A DNA stretch of 64,000 nucleotides, from positions 29,971 to 93,970 of the forward strand of contig JAHZIB010000001.1 in assembly GCA_019419955.1 (NCBI GenBank), written 5' to 3'. Position 1 is the first letter of the stretch. Every line of letters starts with the position of its first letter. The translations under genes were made by a program, and so were the position numbers. Source of the stretch: Clostridiales bacterium (GTDB lineage: Bacteria > Bacillota > Clostridia > TANB77 > CAG-508). Below the pieces are notes generated by a model. The model had not been told where the DNA came from. It saw nothing but the letters and a program-made list of their open reading frames with translations, and searched no databases. Shown piece after piece: positions 50,001-59,869 of the stretch.

Positions 50001-51236
50001 TTATTTTTTTCTCCTTATAATCCATCCATTTTTACACTCTACGGGAAGTTTCATCTTTATTGTTTGCCCAGCCTTACCTGGATTTACAAATTCTACTTCT
50101 TCATCTGTTTCAGTATCCCAGAGTCTATCTATTGTAAACCTGTATGGGTTAATATTGTCAGGAATTAAAATTTCTAAAATATCTCCAACCCTTAGTTTAT
50201 TTCTAATCTCTATTGTAGATTTATTCTCTTCATACTCTATAACTTTTCCACCAAATTCATAATCCGGATTATATTGTTTTCCATCATATTCTTGGAAATC
50301 CTTATTTTCTCTGCTATTAAAATAGAAAGTTGTAAGTCCTCTTGTCTTAGTTTTTTCAAGCTCATTAAAATATTTTGTATAATCATATTTTTCTGGATTT
50401 TGCAAATAATTATCAATCGCACATCTATAACTATTTACAACAGAAGCCAGATAATATTCTGTTTTAAGCCTTCCCTCTATCTTTAAACTATCCATTCCCA
50501 TTTCAATAATTTCTGGAATTTCCTTTATTAAGCATAAATCTTTTGATGAAAAAATATATGTACCTTTCTCATCATGCTCTACCGGCATCAAATTTCCAGG
50601 TTTGTTATGTTCCTCCACATAAACATTATATGCCCATCTGCAACTCTGTGCACAATCTCCCAGATTTGCACTTCTTGAAGCCAAAAAATCACTTAAAAAA
50701 CATCTTCCTGAGTATCCAAAGCAAATTGCTCCATGTACAAACATTTCTACTTCCAAGTCTTTTGGTTTGTTTTTCATTATTTCATGTATTTGCTCTTTAT
50801 TCATTTCTCTTCCGAGTATTACCCTTTTAGCACCATTTTTATACCAAAAATTTGCTGAATGATAACTTACAGTATTTGCTTGTGTACTTATATGAATATC
50901 AACATCTGGTGCATATTCTTTTAAAATTTCAATTACGCCTCCATCAGATGCAATAATTCCATCTACTTTTAGCTTATTTAACATCTTAGCCTGTTTCTTT
51001 ATTTCTTCATAATACTCATCCCAAGCATAAATATTTATTGTTGCATAAACTTTTTTTCCTATACTATGTGCATATTGAATTGTTTTTGACAAATCATCAT
51101 TATTTACTTCTGCTCTACTTCGTAAAGACAATGCACCTGTACCACAATACACAGCATCTGCACCATACATAAATGCTGTTTTTGCTTTCTCATATGACCC
51201 TGCTGGCGCTAATAGTTCTGGTTTTTTATTCGTCAT
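50001..51236 (-). CDS. U32 family peptidase (collagenase-like)
   Basis: PELLAPAGS..AVYCG U32 signature. GGAGG RBS before the second Met (MTNKK). Confidence 0.9.
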   Translation of the reverse strand: MTNKKPELLAPAGSYEKAKTAFMYGADAVYCGTGALSLRSRAEVNNDDLSKTIQYAHSIGKKVYATINIYAWDEYYEEIKKQAKMLNKLKVDGIIASDGGVIEILKEYAPDVDIHISTQANTVSYHSANFWYKNGAKRVILGREMNKEQIHEIMKNKPKDLEVEMFVHGAICFGYSGRCFLSDFLASRSANLGDCAQSCRWAYNVYVEEHNKPGNLMPVEHDEKGTYIFSSKDLCLIKEIPEIIEMGMDSLKIEGRLKTEYYLASVVNSYRCAIDNYLQNPEKYDYTKYFNELEKTKTRGLTTFYFNSRENKDFQEYDGKQYNPDYEFGGKVIEYEENKSTIEIRNKLRVGDILEILIPDNINPYRFTIDRLWDTETDEEVEFVNPGKAGQTIKMKLPVECKNGWIIRRKK

Positions 51237-51320
51237 AATAACCTCCATTCGAGCGAATTTATGCTCTAATAAAAATTTTATTTATAACCTCTATTAAATT
51301 CGTGAGAATGTTAGAGGTTA
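51237..51320. repeat. 84-bp direct repeat, copy 1 (contains the RBS and start of the U32 gene plus a hairpin)
   Basis: Near-identical to 51401-51483. Confidence 0.85.
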
Positions 51321-51400
51321 TTATTAGCCATCTCAAAATTCGTTAGAATTTTGAGGGCGATAGCGATTGTAGCTGTTATTGTGAAAAACTTGTTTTTTCA

Positions 51401-51483
51401 CAATAACCTCCATTCGAGCGAATTTATGCTCTAATAAAAATTTTATTTATAACCTCTATTAAATTCGTGAGAATGTTAGAGGT
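51401..51483. repeat. 84-bp direct repeat, copy 2
   Basis: Creates a second GGAGG-ATG, giving a 26-codon uORF (MEVIVKKQVFHNNSYNRYRPQNSNEF*). Confidence 0.85.
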
Positions 51484-51488
51484 CGATT

Positions 51489-51992
51489 TCATCCCATATT
51501 AAAATATTCACTTATTTCCTCCAAACCCACAAATTCATTCTGTCTCATAATCTCATAAGCAACTATCGCAACTGAATTTGAAAGGTTTAAAGAACGCAAA
51601 GTTGGTCTCATTGGTATTCTTATTGTTTTATCAATATATTTAAGTAAACTGTCCTCTGGAAGCCCTTTAGTTTCCTTTCCAAAAAGTGCAAACACTTCTT
51701 CCATTTCTTTATATTGAGGTTCAGAATATACATGCTTTCCTTTTGTAGTCACAAAAAACATATTGTTTTCTTCTGGCTTGTACTTTTCCAAAAACTTTTC
51801 ATATGAAGAATGTTCTTCAATAACAAGTTTATCCCAGTAATCAAGTCCTGCTCTTTTTACTGCCTTTTCAGATATACTAAATCCAAGTGGATGTACAAGA
51901 TGTAATTTAGCTCCAAGTGCTGCACAAGTTCTTGCAATATTTCCTGTATTTTGTGGTATCTCTGGTTCAACTAATACAATATTTAACTTCAT
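51489..51992 (-). CDS. trmL: tRNA (cytidine/uridine-2'-O)-methyltransferase TrmL (SpoU class)
   Basis: 167 aa. SPOUT motifs (NIVLVEPEIPQNTGNIARTCAALGAKLHLV, LNLSNSVAIVAYE). Confidence 0.9.
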   Translation of the reverse strand: MKLNIVLVEPEIPQNTGNIARTCAALGAKLHLVHPLGFSISEKAVKRAGLDYWDKLVIEEHSSYEKFLEKYKPEENNMFFVTTKGKHVYSEPQYKEMEEVFALFGKETKGLPEDSLLKYIDKTIRIPMRPTLRSLNLSNSVAIVAYEIMRQNEFVGLEEISEYFNMG

Positions 51993-52131
51993 TCTCCCAT
52001 TCCCTCTTTTTATTTAATTCAATAACATATATATTATAACATAAATATTAGAATTTTCATATAATAAAGATTATTTATTTACTTTTCCTATAAAATTTGA
52101 TATTATATATAATGTATTTTATGGAGGGGTA

Positions 52132-52773
52132 TTGAAACAAATGGAACAAAACAAAGTTGAAACAAATGAAACTATAGATAAAAAAGCAAAAATAGCATCA
52201 AAAATAAAACTTATAAAAGTATTACCTAACGGCTCAGGCGCAACAAAAAAACTACCCAGAATTTATACATATTTTTTGTATTTTTTAATTTTTGCAATTG
52301 TTGGCTGGCTTTTAGAAACGGCTTTTAGTTTTTACTCTTTAGGACACTTTACAAAAAGGGGATTTCTTTATGGTCCTCTTTGCCCAATATATGGATGGGG
52401 AGCATTGATATTAATTATGTTTTTTAGTAAATATAAAAAACATAACCTTAAACTTTTCTTATATGCTGCCATTGTATTCTCTGTATTTGAATATATTGTA
52501 AGCTTTGGAATGGAATCATTATTCTCTCTAAAATGGTGGGACTATACAGGAGAAGCCTTTAACTTAAATGGACGTATAGGTGCATTTTACTCATTTGCTT
52601 GGGGAATAATTGCAATACTATTTATTAATTTTGTATATCCATTCTTTAAGAAAAAACTAAATTTATTACTATCAAAAACTCCATATAAGCTAACTATATT
52701 TATAGTTCATGCATTATTCGTTGTTCTTATATTAGATACAGTTTTATCATGCCTTCGCTACTTTAATATGTAA
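52132..52773 (+). CDS. Membrane protein, putative ABC-transporter type IV/CmpB-like (PF06541-like)
   Basis: GFLYGPLCPIYGWG motif. Five TM helices. Confidence 0.5.
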   Translation: MKQMEQNKVETNETIDKKAKIASKIKLIKVLPNGSGATKKLPRIYTYFLYFLIFAIVGWLLETAFSFYSLGHFTKRGFLYGPLCPIYGWGALILIMFFSKYKKHNLKLFLYAAIVFSVFEYIVSFGMESLFSLKWWDYTGEAFNLNGRIGAFYSFAWGIIAILFINFVYPFFKKKLNLLLSKTPYKLTIFIVHALFVVLILDTVLSCLRYFNM

Positions 52774-52800
52774 CATTAATAATTATATTATTTTCCTTTT

Positions 52801-52838
52801 TAAAACACTGATAGCTAACTTCTATCAGTGTTTTTTTG
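52801..52838. terminator. Bidirectional terminator overlapping the O-methyltransferase stop
   Basis: aaaacactgatag/ctatcagtgtttt 11-bp stem plus T7. Confidence 0.7.
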
Positions 52839-53412
52839 CTACAGCTAACCCGTCTCCAACTTCGAGAATTTCTGTCTCTAATTCTTTATTACTTTGTAGT
52901 TCGGCTAAGAATTCTCTTAAATTTCTAACTGCTGTACGTTGTTTATGTTTGTTATAATCACTAAGGACATATCCTTTATATAATACATTATCTGCAAAAA
53001 TAATTCCATTATTTGCAAGTAGTCTTAATGCCTCTTTAAGAAAAAATGGATATTTTCCTTTTGATGCATCTATAAAAACCACATCATACTTCTCATGCAA
53101 TGTAGGCAAAACTTCTACTGCATCCCCCTCAATAATATTAATTTTATTCTGGACTTCAACTTTTTCAATATTTATTTTTGCTTCTTGTACTCTTTCATGT
53201 TCTCTTTCTATAGTGTCTATTATCCCATTTTCAGATAAAAACTCTGAGAAACAGATAGCAGAATATCCTACGGCAGTTCCAATTTCTAATACTTTTCTAG
53301 GTTCAATTTCTTTTAATTTATTTACAATAACTTCCAAAGTATCATCCATTATAATTGGTATATGTTCTTCCAATGCCTTTTCCTTAATTTTATTTAATTC
53401 TGTTTTATTCAA
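52825..53412 (-). CDS. Class I SAM-dependent O-methyltransferase (family 3, YrrM-like)
   Basis: VLEIGTAVGYS SAM motif. Caffeoyl-CoA OMT-like. Confidence 0.85.
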   Translation of the reverse strand: MNKTELNKIKEKALEEHIPIIMDDTLEVIVNKLKEIEPRKVLEIGTAVGYSAICFSEFLSENGIIDTIEREHERVQEAKINIEKVEVQNKINIIEGDAVEVLPTLHEKYDVVFIDASKGKYPFFLKEALRLLANNGIIFADNVLYKGYVLSDYNKHKQRTAVRNLREFLAELQSNKELETEILEVGDGLAVAKKH

Positions 53413-53456
53413 TTGACTCTACCCTTTCTCAGTTAGAAATTTAGTTTTAATCTTGC

Positions 53457-55280
53457 TTACTTTCTTCTTGCTTCTCTTTCCCTAGTCTTACTATCTAATA
53501 TTTTCTTCCTTAGACGAATATTCTTTGGAGTTACTTCAACTAATTCATCGTCCTGTATGAATTCTATTGCTTTTTCTAATGAAAGTTGTACTGGTGGAAC
53601 AAGTCTTAATGCTTCATCTGAACCAGATGCTCTAGTATTTGTTAAGTGTTTCTCTTTACATACATTAATTGATATGTCTTCATTTCTTGAATTTATGCCC
53701 ACTATCATTCCTTCATATACTTCTACACCTGCTCCTATAAATAATTCTCCTCTTTCTTGTGCATTGTATAGTCCATAAGTAACAGAAGTACCTTTTTCAA
53801 ATGCAACTAGCACACCTCTTGTTCTTGCTTGAATTTCTCCTTTAAATGGCTCATAGCCGTCAAATATACTATTCATTGTACCTTCGCCTTTTGTATCTGT
53901 TAAAAATTCAGTTCTGTATCCTATTAATCCTCTAGCTGGAATTTTAAATTCAACTTTTGTATGTCCTGCATCTTGAGGTTCCATATTTATCATTTCAGCC
54001 TTACGTCTACCAAGCTTTTCTATAACGTTGCCTATTGAATCATCTGGCACATTTACAACAAGCCTTTCGATTGGCTCACATTTTACACCATCAATTTCTT
54101 TATATATAACTTTTGGTCGAGATACCAAAAGTTCAAAGCCTTCTCTTCTCATAGTTTCAATTAATATTGATAAATGCAACTCTCCACGCCCACAAACTTC
54201 AAAACTATCTGCAGAGTCAGTTTCTTTTACACGTAAACTTACATTTTTCTCTAATTCTTTCATTAATCTATCACGAATATGTCTTGATGTAACAAATTGT
54301 CCCTCTTTCCCTGCAAAAGGTCCATTATTTACGCTAAATGTCATAGATACAGTTGGTTCATCTATGTCAATAAAAGGTATTTTTTCTGGATTGTTTATAT
54401 CACAAATTGTATCACCTATGTTTATATCAGCTATTCCTGATAAACATATTATATCCCCTGCTGATACCGATTCGGTTTCTATTCGCTTTAAGCCCTCATA
54501 AGTAAATAATTTTGCAATTTTTCCATTTTCTATTTTATCTTCCTTACAAATAGCCACACCAGTATTGGCAGCAATAGTTCCCCTTTCAACTCTACCAACC
54601 GCAATTCTACCCAAATACTCATCATACTCAATATTTGACACAAGCATTTGCATAGATCCCTCTATTTCGCATTTAGGTGGTTCTATATTTGAAATTATTG
54701 TATCAAAAATGCAATTTATATTTTCGCTTTCATCTTCCAAGTGCATTTTTGCTATTCCGTTTTTTGCTGATGCATATATAACTGGAAAATCCAATTGTTC
54801 ATCATTTGCATCTAACTCTATAAACAATTCCAATACTTTATCAACTACTTTTAGAGGCTCTGCACCAGGTCTATCTATTTTATTTATTATAACAATTGGT
54901 TTCAAATTTAGTGCTAACGATTTCTTTAAAACCTCTCTTGTTTGAGGCATTGGACCTTCAAAAGCATCAACTAACAAAAGTACACCATCCACCATTTTTA
55001 ATACACGTTCAACTTCTCCCCCAAAGTCTGCATGCCCTGGTGTATCTACTATATTCATCTTTACTCCATTATACATTACAGATGTATTTTTTGAAAGAAT
55101 GGTAATTCCTCTCTCTTTTTCAAGAGCATTAGAATCCATGACTCTTTCATTTACTTGTTCATTCTCTCTAAAAACATGGCTCTGCTTTAATAAAGCATCC
55201 ACTAAAGTTGTTTTTCCATGGTCTACGTGCGCAATAATTGCTACATTTCTTATTTTTTCGTTATTCATTTTTACAATCAA
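53457..55280 (-). CDS. typA: Translational GTPase TypA/BipA
   Basis: 607 aa. G1 IIAHVDHGKTTLVD, G3 DTPGHADF, NKID. Confidence 0.95.
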   Translation of the reverse strand: MIVKMNNEKIRNVAIIAHVDHGKTTLVDALLKQSHVFRENEQVNERVMDSNALEKERGITILSKNTSVMYNGVKMNIVDTPGHADFGGEVERVLKMVDGVLLLVDAFEGPMPQTREVLKKSLALNLKPIVIINKIDRPGAEPLKVVDKVLELFIELDANDEQLDFPVIYASAKNGIAKMHLEDESENINCIFDTIISNIEPPKCEIEGSMQMLVSNIEYDEYLGRIAVGRVERGTIAANTGVAICKEDKIENGKIAKLFTYEGLKRIETESVSAGDIICLSGIADINIGDTICDINNPEKIPFIDIDEPTVSMTFSVNNGPFAGKEGQFVTSRHIRDRLMKELEKNVSLRVKETDSADSFEVCGRGELHLSILIETMRREGFELLVSRPKVIYKEIDGVKCEPIERLVVNVPDDSIGNVIEKLGRRKAEMINMEPQDAGHTKVEFKIPARGLIGYRTEFLTDTKGEGTMNSIFDGYEPFKGEIQARTRGVLVAFEKGTSVTYGLYNAQERGELFIGAGVEVYEGMIVGINSRNEDISINVCKEKHLTNTRASGSDEALRLVPPVQLSLEKAIEFIQDDELVEVTPKNIRLRKKILDSKTREREARRK

Positions 55281-55499
55281 TCCTCCCTAAGGTAAAAATC
55301 TTGTTTAAATTCTCAAGTCTCTACTCCTATTCAATTTATATTTTTATAATCTATTTTTCCATAGATTAGTTTATATTATCCTATTTATATTTTAATTGAC
55401 CTCAAACCATCATATATAACAAAAAATTAGAACTATTATATTCTAATTTTCTATTTTTAGCTAATAGTCTCTATTTCTTAACGACTAATATATTATACT

Positions 55500-56789
55500 C
55501 TAAACTTCTTTCTTTGTCAACATAATTATATTGTCCATAATTTCTTTTGTTGCTTCATCCAATTTTTCTTTTCCGTATTTGCTTAAATCTATAGGTTCTC
55601 CATAATTCACATATACTTTACTAAAAGGTTTAAATGTCCCATGAATTCCAACAGGTATTACCTTTACATCTGCTCTTATTGCCATAAAAGCAGCACCATT
55701 TTTCGCTTTTAAATTTCTCTCCATTCCATTACGTGTCCCCTCAGGAAAAATTCCTAAAAGTTCTCCATTTTTTAGTACTTTCAAACATCTTTTCATTGCA
55801 TCAATATCTTGCATATTTCTCTTGATTGGTATTGCATCAAACAAATGGCCAAGCCACATAAGTATTCCATGTGTAAATAAATCTTCTTTTGCAACAAAAT
55901 TAACTTTTCTCTTATTAAATAACACAATTGCTGCAGCATCTAAATAATTTATGTGGTTACAACATAGAATATACGCCCCTTTCTCAGGTACTTTCCCACT
56001 AACTCTTACTCTGAATGCAATTTTATAAACAATATTTAAAACTACTTTAATTATTTTTCTAATAAACTTTTTCCAGGCAGTTTCTTTTCTTATTCTATAT
56101 ATTTTACTTTGTAATTTTTTATCCTGTTGCTTTTTTTTTATTATTTTTGTAATTTCTTCCTCTACTTGTTTTATAGTTAAATTAGTTGTATCAATAACCT
56201 CTGCATCATTTGCTACTTTTAATGCTCCTATTTCTTTCGATTTATCGTTCTCATCTCTCTTTTTTATATTTTCAAGAACTTCCGCATAAGACATATCAAT
56301 TCCCTTTTCCTTGTTCTGAGCATATCTTCTTTTTGCTCTCTCCTCTACATCTGCATCAAGGTATATCTTCAAATCAGCATTTGGAAATACATATGTGCCA
56401 ATATCACGACCTTCCATTATAACATTTTTTCCTTCTGCCATTTTCCTTTGAAGGTTTACCATACTTAGTCTTACTTCCTTAATTGAAGAAACCTGAGACA
56501 CAAGACTAGAAACTTCTTTTGTGCGAATTTTACTTGTTACATCTTCATCATTCAAAAATACTAATTGCTTTCCATCTTCTCTTTTAATTTCGATTTTGAT
56601 GTCTTTTAATAATTCTTTTATTTTGTCTAATTCATTAGGCTCTATTCCCTTATTTAGCATATCTAACGTAACCGCTCTGTAAGTTGCTCCTGTATCTACA
56701 TTTACAAAATTAAACTTTTTGGCAAGAAGCTCTGTTACTGTTCCTTTGCCTGTCCCTGCTGGGCCATCTATTGCTACTACAAATGACAT
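55500..56789 (-). CDS. cmk: Cytidylate kinase fused to 1-acyl-sn-glycerol-3-phosphate acyltransferase (Cmk-PlsC)
   Basis: Cmk N-half (IDGPAGTGKGT). PlsC C-half (CNHINYLD HX4D, FPEGTR). Single uninterrupted frame. Confidence 0.85.
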   Translation of the reverse strand: MSFVVAIDGPAGTGKGTVTELLAKKFNFVNVDTGATYRAVTLDMLNKGIEPNELDKIKELLKDIKIEIKREDGKQLVFLNDEDVTSKIRTKEVSSLVSQVSSIKEVRLSMVNLQRKMAEGKNVIMEGRDIGTYVFPNADLKIYLDADVEERAKRRYAQNKEKGIDMSYAEVLENIKKRDENDKSKEIGALKVANDAEVIDTTNLTIKQVEEEITKIIKKKQQDKKLQSKIYRIRKETAWKKFIRKIIKVVLNIVYKIAFRVRVSGKVPEKGAYILCCNHINYLDAAAIVLFNKRKVNFVAKEDLFTHGILMWLGHLFDAIPIKRNMQDIDAMKRCLKVLKNGELLGIFPEGTRNGMERNLKAKNGAAFMAIRADVKVIPVGIHGTFKPFSKVYVNYGEPIDLSKYGKEKLDEATKEIMDNIIMLTKKEV

Positions 56790-56877
56790 TTTTTTCATTC
56801 CTTTCAAGAAACCATTTACTTTGTGTGGTTTCATATACTATATTATATTTTATTATTTTTATATAAAACTACATTCC

Positions 56878-57723
56878 CTATCTTTGTTGTTCTTCCGGCA
56901 TATGTATTCCTTTTGCTACTACAGAAACTTCTTGAACATTCATTGTTGTAAGTTTTTCAATTTCCTTTTTTACTTTTTGTTTGAAGTCTCTTAACACATT
57001 AACTATATTGTACCCAAAAATAACATAAACTTCAACATACAAATTAGTAGCTCCAACTGAGTTTTCTACTCTAACCCTAGAAACTCTATGAATTCCCTCT
57101 GTTTTTTTTGCTACATACTCAGTTATCTGCCTGAAAACTGTATCTGATATTGTGAATTTTCCCAAATAACTGAAAGTCGGTCTTATTATAGATTTCTCAG
57201 AAATATATGGTTCTTCATTACGCCTATATTTAAAAATTTGAAGTGGGTCTAAAATATATCCAGCAAAATCTCTCTTAATTTCAAATGTCGGCACTGGAAT
57301 AACATGCTTTCCTTCGGTAGTTCTAATTCTTCTTGCAGTTTCCATCTCCGTTTCTGTTGCAACTTCATTTATATAAATTGTCTTCTCTGGCTTTGATAGC
57401 CCTAAGTTCTCGGTTATTTTTTCCACCATTCCATCAGATGTCCCAAGTATTAAAATAGCATCTGGTTTTACTCCCCTTAAAGCTTCTCTCATGTTTTTTC
57501 TATCTTCTTTTTCTATAAATATAGCCTTTTTTACAGTTTCTATTTTAGTAGGAGCCTTTTTTGCTGAGCTTCCTGCAATAACATCATTATCATGAATTAA
57601 AAGTCCATCATCTATTATATAATGAATATTGTTTTCATTCGCAACCAACTGAGCCCTATAACTCTTTCCCGTGCCAGATGGCCCCACAAAAGCATATACT
57701 TTAGTTTTGCCCTCCAAACTCAT
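56878..57723 (-). CDS. P-loop NTPase domain fused to an Asp23/Gls24-family domain
   Basis: FVGPSGTGKS Walker A. C-terminal 110 aa match the Asp23 (alkaline shock) pattern. Confidence 0.6.
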   Translation of the reverse strand: MSLEGKTKVYAFVGPSGTGKSYRAQLVANENNIHYIIDDGLLIHDNDVIAGSSAKKAPTKIETVKKAIFIEKEDRKNMREALRGVKPDAILILGTSDGMVEKITENLGLSKPEKTIYINEVATETEMETARRIRTTEGKHVIPVPTFEIKRDFAGYILDPLQIFKYRRNEEPYISEKSIIRPTFSYLGKFTISDTVFRQITEYVAKKTEGIHRVSRVRVENSVGATNLYVEVYVIFGYNIVNVLRDFKQKVKKEIEKLTTMNVQEVSVVAKGIHMPEEQQR

Positions 57724-57906
57724 TTTCTTTCACACTCCTTGATACTTCAATCAGTATAATAATTTTTCTTGATATGTATCACATACCTTTATAGTCTCAA
57801 AATTATTTTCTCTATTTATAAATTATTCATATTTTATCATATAATTATCTCTTTTTCAATCGTCTCTAAAAATTCTGGTAAATACTAGCACTAATTCGAA
57901 AAGTAT

Positions 57907-59487
57907 TTATTCTAGCACCATTAATGTAATTGTGTATGGGTAATTCTCGTATGCTGTTTGATATGCTCGTTTTTCAATTACTTTTCCGTTAAGTTCTCGT
58001 TCAATTGAGTCTGCTATAGCATAATTGGTTCGGTTTATAACCCACACCCTTCCTTTATAATCCTCCAATGATTCTAAACTATGTATTATCTCCATATTAG
58101 GACCATATGCTTTATATGCTTCATCAACCTTCCAGTCTGCTTCATCCCAGAAATACTGCTTTACATCTGGGAAGTTTGCAGATACAACAAATGGTTCTCC
58201 CTCATTTCCATATACTAAAATGTCTCCTTCTTGTATATTTTGTTTTAGATAGTCTATTGGTTGGCTATTGCTGTCATCATAATTAGTTTTTATTAACCCT
58301 AAATTCGTATATGATGCTAATATTATTGAAAATACACATATAATTGATATTATATATTTATTTCCATATCTGCCTAATATAAAGCTTATGAAAAATATTA
58401 ACAAACCTGTTATGCATAGCAAATATCTAGCATATAGTATAGACCTACCTATTGCTATTGAGACAATACATACAGCTAATACTACAAGTATGTAAACTAA
58501 TATTGCAAGTTTTGCAGGAGTATTGTTACATATCCCTATTATTTCTTTTTGCTTTTTATCAATATTATTATTTGTATTTATAGCATTGTTATTAGAATAT
58601 AAAGAGAAAAGTCGATTTCTCCTATACAATAAGAACAGTACACTTACGCAAATCAGTAATCCGAATATAATAGCTACATAGTCTGGCATATACTTAGTCT
58701 CTTGTAGATTTCCCACAAATATAAATGTAAACATTTCTATTAATGTTTCTGGAAATTGAAATTCTATCCAATATCCATTGGAAACTTGGCTTGCTTGTAG
58801 AAGAAGATACATAAGCCATGGCAAATACGCTACAATTTGAAGCATTCCAGTTATAATAAATGCTTTAAGGTTTTTAGTAATTTTCTTTTTTCTCACACTT
58901 TGTATTACTAGGTAAATAAGCAAAAGTAAATTTATTACAACTGCTGCTGCTAGCGCATAATAATGTGTATATGCCGCTGATAAACTAAAAAGTGCAAATA
59001 GTATCCAGTTTTTGGTTTTACAATTTTCCTTTTCAGCAAAAATTCTATATGCATAAATTGCAGTTAAAGTTACTAAGAGCATTGCCAATGGATACATTCT
59101 AACTTGTCCTGCATATATAACATTCAAAGGTAAAAAAAACACAAAAAATGAAAACAGTATTCCTACCTTTTCGCCAAAATCTTTTCTGATATGTGTATAG
59201 CCTATTATCCCTAATATTGCAAATGCCACTACTGAAAATAGCTTAAAAAGTATTATTTGATTGCCAAAAATAGCTCTAATTATATGTAATATCCAGTAAT
59301 ATAATACTGGATGAACATCATGCCCCCCAATAGTCCAAATTTCACCAAAACTATGGTTTGATATTGCCACTGAATATGACTCATCAAACCATATACTATT
59401 GTGAAATGCAGATAATGAAATAAAGATAATTCCTAGCACAATTATTGAAATATGAATTATTTTTGTATTCTTTATTATATTTTTCAT
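57907..59487 (-). CDS. GT-C fold membrane glycosyltransferase (GT39/ArnT-PMT-like)
   Basis: At least 12 TM helices. WFDESY (DE motif in first loop). C-terminal soluble domain. GGGAG RBS before the internal Met. Confidence 0.7.
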   Translation of the reverse strand: MKNIIKNTKIIHISIIVLGIIFISLSAFHNSIWFDESYSVAISNHSFGEIWTIGGHDVHPVLYYWILHIIRAIFGNQIILFKLFSVVAFAILGIIGYTHIRKDFGEKVGILFSFFVFFLPLNVIYAGQVRMYPLAMLLVTLTAIYAYRIFAEKENCKTKNWILFALFSLSAAYTHYYALAAAVVINLLLLIYLVIQSVRKKKITKNLKAFIITGMLQIVAYLPWLMYLLLQASQVSNGYWIEFQFPETLIEMFTFIFVGNLQETKYMPDYVAIIFGLLICVSVLFLLYRRNRLFSLYSNNNAINTNNNIDKKQKEIIGICNNTPAKLAILVYILVVLAVCIVSIAIGRSILYARYLLCITGLLIFFISFILGRYGNKYIISIICVFSIILASYTNLGLIKTNYDDSNSQPIDYLKQNIQEGDILVYGNEGEPFVVSANFPDVKQYFWDEADWKVDEAYKAYGPNMEIIHSLESLEDYKGRVWVINRTNYAIADSIERELNGKVIEKRAYQTAYENYPYTITLMVLE

Positions 59488-59515
59488 ATAATCTCCCATA
59501 TTACACTTATTTTTC

Positions 59516-59615
59516 CTATACAACAAGGTTAGGTTTCCTTAGGCTGTGCATATACTCGAAGTGAAGTTGAAAGCTTGCTTTCGTTAACACACACCTTTCT
59601 TATTGTATAGGAAAA
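59516..59615. repeat. Intergenic repeat family, copy A (closed by cctatacaa/ttgtatagg inverted repeat)
   Basis: Aligned with copies B and C. Confidence 0.7.
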
Positions 59616-59659
59616 ATCGACTTTTTGCCTTATATTTTAGTACTTATAACGATTTTTTC

Positions 59660-59770
59660 GTATACAACAAGGTTAATTTACCTTAGGCTGTGCATATTCG
59701 CGAAGCGAAATGCACATGTGGACGTCGGAAGCTTTGCTTCCGCTAACGTCCAATTTTCTTATAATTATTT
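59660..59770. repeat. Intergenic repeat family, copy B (contains hairpin ggacgtcggaagc-ttt-gcttccgctaacgtcc)
   Basis: Aligned with copies A and C. Confidence 0.7.
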
Positions 59771-59869
59771 TTAATTTTGCCTGATTATAAAATAAAGCAC
59801 TCCCTTTATTCTATTTTTCTACTATAAGGAGTGCTTTGCTTATTTCCTTAATATATATTATTTCATTTT

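Noticed and set aside
50237-50422. 61-aa minus-strand ORF and 70-aa plus-strand ORF inside the U32 peptidase gene
   Set aside because: These are alternate frames of a well-supported CDS.
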